Of a DNA stretch of 24,000 bases, positions 7,700-14,486 are shown piece after piece; position 1 is the stretch's first letter; each line of letters begins with the position of its first letter. The stretch comes from Candidatus Ventrousia excrementavium (GTDB lineage: Bacteria; Bacillota; Clostridia; Oscillospirales; Butyricicoccaceae). Below the pieces are notes generated by a model. That model was not told the origin of the DNA and ran no database searches. It saw only the letters and a program-made list of their open reading frames with translations. The DNA is taken from NCBI GenBank assembly GCA_018714845.1, contig DVMR01000065.1, forward strand, positions 1 through 24,000, written 5' to 3'. The position numbers were made by a program, and so were the translations under genes.

Positions 7700-8182
7700 T
7701 TATGATAAGGAAATGTTGCCAGCGTTGGATTCATTTTTTTGCTGTTCGGCGCCGAGCAGCAGACAGACCGCCGCTACAGCCATGCGGGTCTCCATATCGC
7801 CGCAAAGGTGACCAACCGGAACTTCCATGGGCTCGACCGATCGCCCGTCCAGGGTCATCAGGCCGCGCTGCAGGGAAACGACACGGCCCTCGCCCAGCGT
7901 AGCTGAGGGCGTCAGCGTATCGCGGACGCTGAAACCGTAGGTGACCACCATATCGCAGCGGCAGTGCTCAAGCGCCGGGCCGGCATTTTCACCGCAGACA
8001 GTCAGCGCGCGCGCACTGAGTGACATGGTCTGCGGCGGGCAGGGGTTCTGTGCCCACACGACGACATCATAGGGCGGCGGCGTTTCGCACGGCGCGGTGA
8101 CCAGCGCTTTTGGGCCGACCGCAGCCTGCAGAGCTGCACGCACCGGGCCACCGGGCTGTTCGACGACGGCAATGACGCGCAA
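7700..8182 (-). CDS. Hypothetical Cys-rich protein (160 aa)
   Basis: TTG start 8182 behind GAGGTGA. Seven Cys residues. The C-terminal two thirds (ALTVCGENAG..CDMVVTYGFSVRDTL...VVSLQRGLMTLDGRSVEPMEVPVGHLCGDMETRMAVAAVCLLLG) resemble, by eye only, the second half of a Mur-ligase central domain. There is no P-loop. Confidence 0.55.
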   Translation of the reverse strand: MRVIAVVEQPGGPVRAALQAAVGPKALVTAPCETPPPYDVVVWAQNPCPPQTMSLSARALTVCGENAGPALEHCRCDMVVTYGFSVRDTLTPSATLGEGRVVSLQRGLMTLDGRSVEPMEVPVGHLCGDMETRMAVAAVCLLLGAEQQKNESNAGNISLS

Positions 8183-8251
8183 AGGGGCTCACCTCTTTGT
8201 ATATAAAAATCAAAATCTTTGTATAGTGTGTCTGCAATACTGAAAAAAATA

Positions 8252-8287
8252 CAAAAAAACAGCCCCCTGACCACGATCAAAGGGCTG
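8252..8287 (-). terminator. Rho-independent terminator of the yedE-yedF-DUF3343 operon
   Basis: Minus strand: CAGCCC..(TGA..TCA inner stem)..GGGCTG, an interrupted hairpin followed by TTTTTTTGTATTTTTTT. Confidence 0.55.
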
Positions 8288-8292
8288 CTTTG

Positions 8293-8532
8293 TCAGTTTT
8301 CCGGCTGCTCAAAAAGCAGCGTATAGCCATTTGGTGCATCCTCGTATACTGCTTCGAGGTCGTCTGTCGCCATGGACGGTTCAAACGGACCCTCGAAGCG
8401 CACACAGACGCCGCATGAAGCGCTGAGAGCGCGCGGGACCGGCATCATGCCGGCGTTTCGGCCAAGACGCTCTATTTTTTTCTGAAAGCTCATGGCCCCA
8501 AAGTGGGTGTGAAAGGTGGCAATCAGGTGCAT
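8293..8532 (-). CDS. DUF3343-family small protein (putative Se/S carrier-like)
   Basis: 79 aa. HLIATFHTHFGAMSFQKKIERLG...MMPVPRALSASCGVCVRF matches the P-x-P-R-x-(3)-S-CG pattern I recall for DUF3343. AAGGGGGA SD. Last gene of the yedE operon. Confidence 0.7.
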   Translation of the reverse strand: MHLIATFHTHFGAMSFQKKIERLGRNAGMMPVPRALSASCGVCVRFEGPFEPSMATDDLEAVYEDAPNGYTLLFEQPEN

Positions 8533-8577
8533 GGCAGAATCCCCCTTTATACATGGCGGGGAATCCCGGCCCCGCTC

Positions 8578-8778
8578 TTACTCGATGGTCAGCTCGAAAT
8601 CCGGGCCAACCTCTTTGCATTTTACCACAAGTTTCTGGTTTTGTGCAAATCGGGTGATGTTCTGCACAGCCGTGCGATTATCGACCAGCACGGTCAGGGG
8701 ACGGCCTTTTGCCAGCGCCTGTTTGGTCATCAGCACCGGCTCAGGACAGGAATAGCCGCGGGCATCAATCTTATTCAT
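8578..8778 (-). CDS. yedF: TusA/SirA-like sulfur/selenium carrier protein (YedF-like)
   Basis: 66 aa. IDARGYSCPEPVLMTKQAL carries the TusA-family CPxP active-site Cys motif. AGGAGG SD. Lies 16 nt after yedE. Confidence 0.8.
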   Translation of the reverse strand: MNKIDARGYSCPEPVLMTKQALAKGRPLTVLVDNRTAVQNITRFAQNQKLVVKCKEVGPDFELTIE

Positions 8779-8794
8779 TGTGCGCTCCTCCTTT

Positions 8795-9865
8795 TTATTC
8801 CGCTTTCTGGCGGTTGAGCAGGCCGATTACCGTGCAGACGACCAGGCCGAGAATGACGGCGATTTTGCCATTCAGGGTCGGGCCGGCCGTCGACGAGGCC
8901 AGCGAGAAGTTGTGGCAGAAGGCGGCGCCGACGACCATGCCGAGCACGGCGACAGCGCTGTCGCTCTGGCCGCTGCCGGCCAGAATAAGCTGGCGCAGCG
9001 GGCAGCCGCCCAGCATGACCGAGCCAAGACCGGTCAACGCCATGCCGATGAAGTTCCACACACCGTCAGTGTGTGCGATGGGCTGTGTTGTTTCAGCGTC
9101 GATGACAAAGCCGAGGTGGAACTGCCCGACAATCAGGTTGCCGACCAGTGCGGCGACAATGATGGCGACAAAGCCGAGAAGCAGATGGAAGTCCTTGAAC
9201 AGAACGGCGTCACGGATGCCGCCGACCATGCACAGGCGGGTCTTCTGCGCCAGCGCGCCGACAACCAGTCCGGCGGCCAGGGCCAGCCACATGGGGGCGC
9301 GCATCGAACCCGGGCCGCTTTCGCTGAACAGCAGCAGCGAGGGCACGGCGACGAGCAGAATCAGAACGACAATGGACATGACAGGCATCAAAGCGCCCTC
9401 AACCTTGGACTGCGGCTGCGACTTTTTCAGGCTGAAGCCCTTTTTCAGGAAAAGGACGCCGGCCAGAATGCCGGCGGCAAAGCCGACCAGGCCGACAATG
9501 GCGTTGAGGTCGCCGCCCGCGATGCGCAGCACCATGCGCAGAGGACAGCCCAGGAACATCAGAGCGCCGACCATGACAAAAAAACCGAGCACAAAGCGGG
9601 TGACCGGCGACGAGCCGCCGCGCACCTTGAACTCTTTGCCGGCGATGGCCATGATGCAGGCGCCAAGCACCAGGCCGATAATCTCGGGACGGGCGTACTG
9701 CACGGTGTCGGCGCGATGCAGACCGAGTGCGCCCGCCGTGTCGCGCAAAAAGCAGGCGATGCAAAAGCCCATGTTGCCCGGGTTGCCGCACTGCACCAGC
9801 ACGACAGAGATGGCGCCGATAATCAGTCCCGTCAGCACCATCAGCAGGGTTTGCTTGTTTTTCAT
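8795..9865 (-). CDS. yedE: YedE/YeeE-family membrane protein (putative selenium/sulfur-compound transporter)
   Basis: 356 aa polytopic membrane protein. N-terminal signature VQCGNPGNMGFCIACFLRDTAGALGLH and a second GGCPLRQ / LGCPLRM repeat are typical of the YedE family. GAGGAG SD. Confidence 0.85.
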   Translation of the reverse strand: MKNKQTLLMVLTGLIIGAISVVLVQCGNPGNMGFCIACFLRDTAGALGLHRADTVQYARPEIIGLVLGACIMAIAGKEFKVRGGSSPVTRFVLGFFVMVGALMFLGCPLRMVLRIAGGDLNAIVGLVGFAAGILAGVLFLKKGFSLKKSQPQSKVEGALMPVMSIVVLILLVAVPSLLLFSESGPGSMRAPMWLALAAGLVVGALAQKTRLCMVGGIRDAVLFKDFHLLLGFVAIIVAALVGNLIVGQFHLGFVIDAETTQPIAHTDGVWNFIGMALTGLGSVMLGGCPLRQLILAGSGQSDSAVAVLGMVVGAAFCHNFSLASSTAGPTLNGKIAVILGLVVCTVIGLLNRQKAE

Positions 9866-9947
9866 ATGTACTCTCCTCTTTTCTGCGGCCGGACTGGCCG
9901 CTGGGTTCCCCCCTCGTGGGAGTTAAGGCAGGGTATTTGCTATAAGA

Positions 9948-9977
9948 ATTGTATCGAAAAATGGCAGGATTGTACAA
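9948..9977 (-). promoter_or_regulatory. Candidate sigma-A promoter of the yedE operon
   Basis: Minus strand: TTGTAC (9972..9977), 18-nt spacer, TACAAT (9948..9953). Predicts a leader of about 75 nt. Confidence 0.4.
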
Positions 9978-10095
9978 TATTTTTTATCGATAAAATCTTT
10001 TTTATTTATAGTTTTTCGTGATAAGTATGGAAATGGGTGACAAAATCCGATATACTGAACACAATGGGAGTAATGATTTAAAGAGGGAAGTTTAC

Positions 10096-11247
10096 ATGTC
10101 CATTTATTTTGACAACGGAAGTACATCTTTTCCCAAAGCGCCTGGCGTGGCCGAGGCAGTGGGAGGTTTGATTGCGTCGGGGGCCTTTAACATCAACCGC
10201 GGCGGCTACGCCGGGGCGTACGAGGTCGCGGGCGCGGTGTTCGAAACGCGGGAGCTTTTGTGCCGCATGTTCGGATTTTTAGGCGAGTGCAAAAATGCAG
10301 TGTTCACTCCAAGCGTTACCTATGCGCTCAACATGATTCTCAAGGGGTGGCTGCGCCCGGGGGACCATGTCGTCACAACGTCCATGGAGCACAACGCCGT
10401 CATGAGGCCGCTCGTTCAGCTGGCGGGGACCGGCGTACACTTTGACGCTGCGCAGGCCGATGAGCGCGGTGTGCTCGACCCCGAAAAAATAGAAGCGCTC
10501 ATCAGGCCGGAGACCCGCGCGGTTGTCATGACGGCGGCGTCCAATGTCTGCGGAACGCTCATGCCGCTGCGCGAGGTGGGAGAAATCTGCGCGCGGCGCG
10601 GCGTGCGGTTCATTGTGGACAGCGCGCAGGCGGCGGGACTGTTCCCTCTGTCCATGACAGAGCTGCACATTGACGCGCTGACCTTTACAGGCCATAAGAG
10701 TCTGCTCGGTCCGCAGGGCATTGGCGGCATGATTCTGCGCACAGACCTCGCAGAGGAAATCGAGCCGCTGGTCAGCGGCGGGACGGGCAGCATGTCGGAC
10801 AGTGAAGAGGTCCCGCCTTTTCTGCCTGACCGGTTCGAGCCCGGTACGCTCAACCTGCCCGGCATCATCGGCCTGCACACAGCGCTTTTGTTTTTGCAGG
10901 AGACCGGTATTGACACCCTGCGCGGGCATGACCTGCGTCTGACCGCGCGCTTTTTGGATGGCGTGCGGGAACTGCCGCACACAAGAGTCGTCGGCCTGCC
11001 CGGCGTTGAGGGCCGCGCGCCCATTGTATCGCTCGACTTCGGCACACTGGACAACGCCGAGGTGGCCTACACGCTGGACAGCCGGTATGGCGTCATGACG
11101 CGCTGCGGCCTGCACTGTGCGCCGCGGGCCCACAAAAGCCTCGGCACTTTCCCGCAGGGCACGGTCCGCTTTGCCTTTGGATATGGGAACACAGAAAGCG
11201 AAGTCGATCAGTGCCTGGATGCGCTCAAAGAGATTACCAGACAGTGA
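10096..11247 (+). CDS. Class-V aminotransferase, cysteine desulfurase / selenocysteine lyase-like
   Basis: ATG 10096 behind AGAGGGAAG; the track start 10018 lies in AT-rich non-coding DNA. MSIYFDNGSTSFPKAPGV..., PLP-Lys motif FTGHKSLLGPQGIGG, active-site Cys loop MTRCGLHCAPRAH. Confidence 0.85.
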   Translation: MSIYFDNGSTSFPKAPGVAEAVGGLIASGAFNINRGGYAGAYEVAGAVFETRELLCRMFGFLGECKNAVFTPSVTYALNMILKGWLRPGDHVVTTSMEHNAVMRPLVQLAGTGVHFDAAQADERGVLDPEKIEALIRPETRAVVMTAASNVCGTLMPLREVGEICARRGVRFIVDSAQAAGLFPLSMTELHIDALTFTGHKSLLGPQGIGGMILRTDLAEEIEPLVSGGTGSMSDSEEVPPFLPDRFEPGTLNLPGIIGLHTALLFLQETGIDTLRGHDLRLTARFLDGVRELPHTRVVGLPGVEGRAPIVSLDFGTLDNAEVAYTLDSRYGVMTRCGLHCAPRAHKSLGTFPQGTVRFAFGYGNTESEVDQCLDALKEITRQ

Positions 11248-11250
11248 AAA

Positions 11251-11273
11251 GCGCGGAAGCACTGCTTCCGCGC
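11251..11273. terminator. Shared hairpin terminator between the desulfurase gene and selD
   Basis: GCGCGGAAG-CACTG-CTTCCGCGC, 9-bp stem. GAAAA on the left; T-run (GATTTTTT) 9 nt to the right. Confidence 0.6.
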
Positions 11274-11286
11274 CATTCGTGATTTT

Positions 11287-12324
11287 TTATAAAACCGTGA
11301 CAGCTCTGTCGCCCCGGTCGCGTACCTCGCCGACCAGCGCGGCGGCGACGCCTTCGGCCTCAAGCCGCTGCATCAGCTCACCGGAACGCGCTTCAGGCAC
11401 CGAGATGAGCAGTCCGCCCGACGTCTGCGGGTCGTAAAGCACGTCAGAGAGCGCCTGCGGGACCGACGGGTCGACCAGAACCTCGTCTGCGACAAAGTCC
11501 ATGTTGCGGTAGGTACCCGCCGGAATGATGCCTTCGCTTGCCAGCTCGAGCACACCGGGCAGTACGGGCACGCTTTTGGAGTCGATGACGACTGAAAGGC
11601 CGCTGCCGCGCGCCAGCTCGCAAAGGTGGCCCAGAAAGCCGAAGCCGGTGACGTCGGTACAGGCGCTGGGACGGACAGGCATCATGGCGCGCTGGGCGTT
11701 TTTGTTGAGCGTTGCCATGACGGCGGTCATATCGCGCACCTGCTGCTCGTCGAGCAGCTCGGCCATGGCGGCGGTGGTCAGGATTCCAGTGCCCAGCGGC
11801 TTGGTCAGTACCAGCTTGTCGCCCGGCCGGGCGCGGTCGTTGCGCAGAATGTCATCCGGGTGGGCGTAGCCTGTGACGCACAGGCCGTATTTGGGCTCGC
11901 TGTCTTCGATGGAATGCCCGCCGGCAATGACGGCGCCGGCCTCGCGCACCTTGTCGGCTCCGCCCTCCAGAATGGCGCGCACGGTCTGCAGGTCCAGGCA
12001 GGACGGAAAGCAGATCAGGTTCATGGCGAGATTGGGCATGCCGCCCATGGCGTAGACGTCGCTTAACGAATTGGCGGCCGCAATCTGCCCGAATGCGTAC
12101 GGGTCGTCGACAATGGGCGGGAAAAAGTCGACGGTGTGGATGGCCGCCAGGTCATCGCGCACGAGATAAACAGCCGCATCGTCGCTCGAATCAAAGCCGA
12201 CGACGAGCCGCTCGTCCTGCAAACGGGGCAGGCCTCTTAAAATTTCACTCAGGACCCCCGGTCCTATCTTTGCGCCTCAGCCGCCCGCTTTGGCCATTTG
12301 CGTCAGGCGCTGTTTTTCAGCCAT
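11287..12324 (-). CDS. selD: Selenide, water dikinase (selenophosphate synthetase) containing selenocysteine (in-frame TGA)
   Basis: Track ORF 11287..12222 starts just after an in-frame TGA. Extending in frame gives ATG 12324 (GAAGGGGG SD) and MAEKQRLTQMAKAGG-U-GAKIGPGVLSEILRGLPRLQDERLVVGFDSSDDAAV.... The TGA at 12277..12279 sits exactly where SelD has its catalytic Cys/Sec (E. coli GCGCK, Sec forms GUGCK), and the Lys is kept. No other stops lie in the 34-codon extension. Total 345 codons, a normal SelD length. Confidence 0.9.
12251..12265 (-). promoter_or_regulatory. Candidate bacterial SECIS hairpin for the selD UGA
   Basis: mRNA: UGA-GGCGCAAAGAU-AGGACC-GGG-GGUCCU. The 6-bp stem (extendable by U-G) starts 11 nt after the UGA, with a G-rich apical loop about 17 nt downstream. 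This is within the spacing described for bacterial SECIS elements. Confidence 0.55.
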
Positions 12325-12359
12325 AACAAAATGCCCCCTTCGTTGGATTTACTGCCAAC

Positions 12360-12388
12360 ATCATAAACGATTGCGGCCCAAAATACAA
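12360..12388 (-). promoter_or_regulatory. Candidate sigma-A promoter of selD
   Basis: Minus strand: TTGTAT (12383..12388), 17-nt spacer, TATGAT (12360..12365). Confidence 0.45.
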
Positions 12389-12415
12389 GCCCCACTGCAA
12401 AAAGGAGGAATTGCC

Positions 12416-13333
12416 GTGCACTTTAAACAAGTCGAGGCCTTTGTCAACGTCATCCGGCATAAGAGCTTTTCAAAGGCGGCTGAGGCCATCTATCTGTCGC
12501 AGCCGACCATCAGCGCGCACATCAGCTCGCTGGAAAACGAGCTGGGCGTTTGCCTGATCGTGCGCTCGACAAAGGAAGTCTACCCGTCGGCTGCAGGGCA
12601 GATTTTTTATCAGTATGCGCTCGAGATGCTGCGCCTGCGCGACCGCGCCATTCTGGAGGTGCAGAGCTACTCGACCGAGGTGCGCGGCGAGCTGGACATC
12701 GCCGCCTCGACGGTGCCGTCGCAGTATATTCTTCCCGAGCTTTTGCCGTCGCTGGTTGAAAAGTACCCCAAGGTCTTTTTTTCGGTGCGGCAGTATGACA
12801 GCGGCGAGGTGGTGGGGCGCATCGTCAATATGGAAGCTGAGGTCGGCATGACCGGTACGGCACCCGACAAGGGGGCCTGTGCGTTTGAGCCCTTTATGGA
12901 CGATCAGCTGGTGCTCATTGCGCCCAATACGCCTGAATATCAGGAAATGGCAGAACTGGCGCCGTCGGTGCTGCGCTCTCTGCCCGTCATCGTGCGTGAG
13001 AGCGGCTCAGGCACGCGGCGCGAAGCGGAGGAGTTTTTGCTGGGCGCCGGCGTGGACCCCAAATCGCTGCACGTTGTGGCGCAGATGCAGAGCACTGAAA
13101 GTATTAAACAGGCGGTGCGCAAGGGGCTGGGCGTGTCGGTCATTTCACGCCTGGCGGCGGCCGACTTTCTGGAAAGCGGCGATGTTTTGGAGCTCAAGCT
13201 GCAGAGCACCCATCCGCAGCGCAGCTTTTATCTGGTCTATCATAAAAAACGCCCACTGTCGCCGGCGGCAGAAGTCTTTGTCAAGGAAGTTCGGGCACGA
13301 TTCGGTGTGGCGGCGCCGCAGGATGAGCAGTAA
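12416..13333 (+). CDS. LysR-family transcriptional regulator, divergent from selD
   Basis: GTG 12416 behind AAAGGAGGA. The track start 12290 would overlap the selD 5' end and has no SD. VHFKQVEAFVNVIRHKSFSKAAEAIYLSQPTISAHISSLENELGVCLIVRSTKEV is a LysR wHTH, followed by a full effector domain. Confidence 0.85.
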   Translation: MHFKQVEAFVNVIRHKSFSKAAEAIYLSQPTISAHISSLENELGVCLIVRSTKEVYPSAAGQIFYQYALEMLRLRDRAILEVQSYSTEVRGELDIAASTVPSQYILPELLPSLVEKYPKVFFSVRQYDSGEVVGRIVNMEAEVGMTGTAPDKGACAFEPFMDDQLVLIAPNTPEYQEMAELAPSVLRSLPVIVRESGSGTRREAEEFLLGAGVDPKSLHVVAQMQSTESIKQAVRKGLGVSVISRLAAADFLESGDVLELKLQSTHPQRSFYLVYHKKRPLSPAAEVFVKEVRARFGVAAPQDEQ

Positions 13334-13365
13334 AATCAGATATTGCCATTCGTGAAACATAAAAA

Positions 13366-13387
13366 CCCCGCCTTTTGCAGGGCGGGG
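13366..13387 (-). terminator. Rho-independent terminator of the rarA / P-loop / VanZ operon (may also stop the LysR transcript)
   Basis: CCCCGCC-TTTTGCAG-GGCGGGG. On the minus strand it is followed by TTTTTAT. Confidence 0.65.
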
Positions 13388-13400
13388 GATTAACTGGCTG

Positions 13401-13910
13401 TTATCTGCCGAAAAATACGCTGTTGAGCAGTTCAGCGGCCAAGATGGAAAGAACAGTCAGCGCGGCAAGCCAGCAGGCCAGGGCGACAGGGCGTTCACGG
13501 CTGAGACGTACAGCGTAAAAACCCAAAGAAAATCCCCAGGTATTGACGAGAATGTCTTCCATGTCAAAGCTGCCCAGCCGGGTGAGCATCTGCATCAGCT
13601 CCAGCGCGATGACTGCTGCGGCAAAGACTGCAAGACAACGGCTGTAGGAATGAAGGCGCGTGGGAAAAGCACGGGGAAGAAGCAGCCCAAAGGGGGCAAA
13701 GGCCAAAAGGTTGCCCATGCTGAAAACCCAGAGCAGAGAAAAATGTCGGGGCATCCACAGGGGGATGCCGGTGATGACAAAAGAATAGCGCAGCGCCACG
13801 TCCGGGGTGCCGCTCTGCCGGCCAAACGCAAAAAACATCAGAAAAATAATACAGATAGTATATAAAAGCAGACTGATCTTCCAAAAGGAAGCATTTTTTT
13901 GCTGGAACAT
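13401..13910 (-). CDS. VanZ-family membrane protein
   Basis: Four hydrophobic segments plus VanZ-type motifs GNLLAFAPFGLLLP and DMEDILVNTWGFSLG. Start uncertain: ATG 13910 (AAGGA 11 nt upstream), ATG 13922 or TTG 13946. Confidence 0.7.
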   Translation of the reverse strand: MFQQKNASFWKISLLLYTICIIFLMFFAFGRQSGTPDVALRYSFVITGIPLWMPRHFSLLWVFSMGNLLAFAPFGLLLPRAFPTRLHSYSRCLAVFAAAVIALELMQMLTRLGSFDMEDILVNTWGFSLGFYAVRLSRERPVALACWLAALTVLSILAAELLNSVFFGR

Positions 13911-13952
13911 CAGAAAACACATCCTTGCTGGCAGTTTGCGGGGCAAACCTGG

Positions 13953-14486
13953 TCAAATGGGGCAGATTGATGACTGAGACGCTGCAGAGACAACGGCCTG
14001 TGCGATGGCGTCTGCGGCCTGGGAAGCTGTGATGCTGGATGTGTCGAGCTTGACGGTGTTCAGCTGCCCATACAGCGGCAGACGCGCAAGGCTGCGTCCG
14101 ATGACGTCGGGCGTGCGCAGGCCGGCGTCGATATCCTTTTGCAGGCGGGCGCGCAGGGCGGTCTCGCTGCACATCAGTGAAAAGGTGTGGACCCGCCAGC
14201 CTGAGGTGTCGAGCCGGGACAGCAGCTCGTCAAGGATGCTCTGCTCGTGCATCACCCAGCAGAAAACAATATTTTCAAAAACGCTGCAATGCAGGAAATT
14301 GCCCAGCACATGACAGATGTTGTCCATGACCATGGCCCGGGTCTCATCGGTGACGACAAAGGGCCGCATGTCCCAGCACCAGTCGCCGTCCAAAAAGGCG
14401 CAGCCGGGCAGCTGCCGCTGCAAAAGCCGGCTGGCTGCCGTCTTGCCCACGCCCATGGGTCCGCCAATTAAAATGAAGTTTTTCAT
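13953..14486 (-). CDS. P-loop NTPase, small nucleotide/nucleoside-kinase-like (AAA-type ATPase annotation class)
   Basis: MKNFILIGGPMGVGKTAASRLL (Walker A), 177 aa. ATG 14486 behind AAGGGGGA. It overlaps the rarA stop as ATGA (14483..14486). The track N-terminal extension to 14624 lies inside rarA. Confidence 0.7.
   Translation of the reverse strand: MKNFILIGGPMGVGKTAASRLLQRQLPGCAFLDGDWCWDMRPFVVTDETRAMVMDNICHVLGNFLHCSVFENIVFCWVMHEQSILDELLSRLDTSGWRVHTFSLMCSETALRARLQKDIDAGLRTPDVIGRSLARLPLYGQLNTVKLDTSSITASQAADAIAQAVVSAASQSSICPI

Noticed and set aside
9970-9977. TTGTACAA as a -35 box for a plus-strand promoter of the desulfurase gene
   Set aside because: No acceptable -10 hexamer lies 16 to 19 nt downstream on the plus strand (AAATCT / AATCTT). 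I therefore call only the minus-strand yedE promoter and leave the desulfurase promoter unassigned.
8709-10021. Two long plus-strand ORFs (405 and 413 aa) opposite yedE/yedF
   Set aside because: They are antisense to a polytopic membrane protein with clear YedE signatures. The translations are P/R/A/T- or A/D/H/Q-rich repeats with no motifs and overlap each other in different frames.
10279-11262. 327-aa and 212-aa minus-strand ORFs opposite the desulfurase gene
   Set aside because: These are shadow ORFs. The plus-strand product has PLP-Lys and active-site Cys motifs, and the minus-strand products have none.
12290-12415. N-terminal extension of the LysR ORF given in the track (start 12290)
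   Set aside because: It would overlap the selD start and promoter, encodes no LysR-like sequence and lacks an SD. GTG 12416 sits 6 nt after AAAGGAGGA and begins the wHTH directly.
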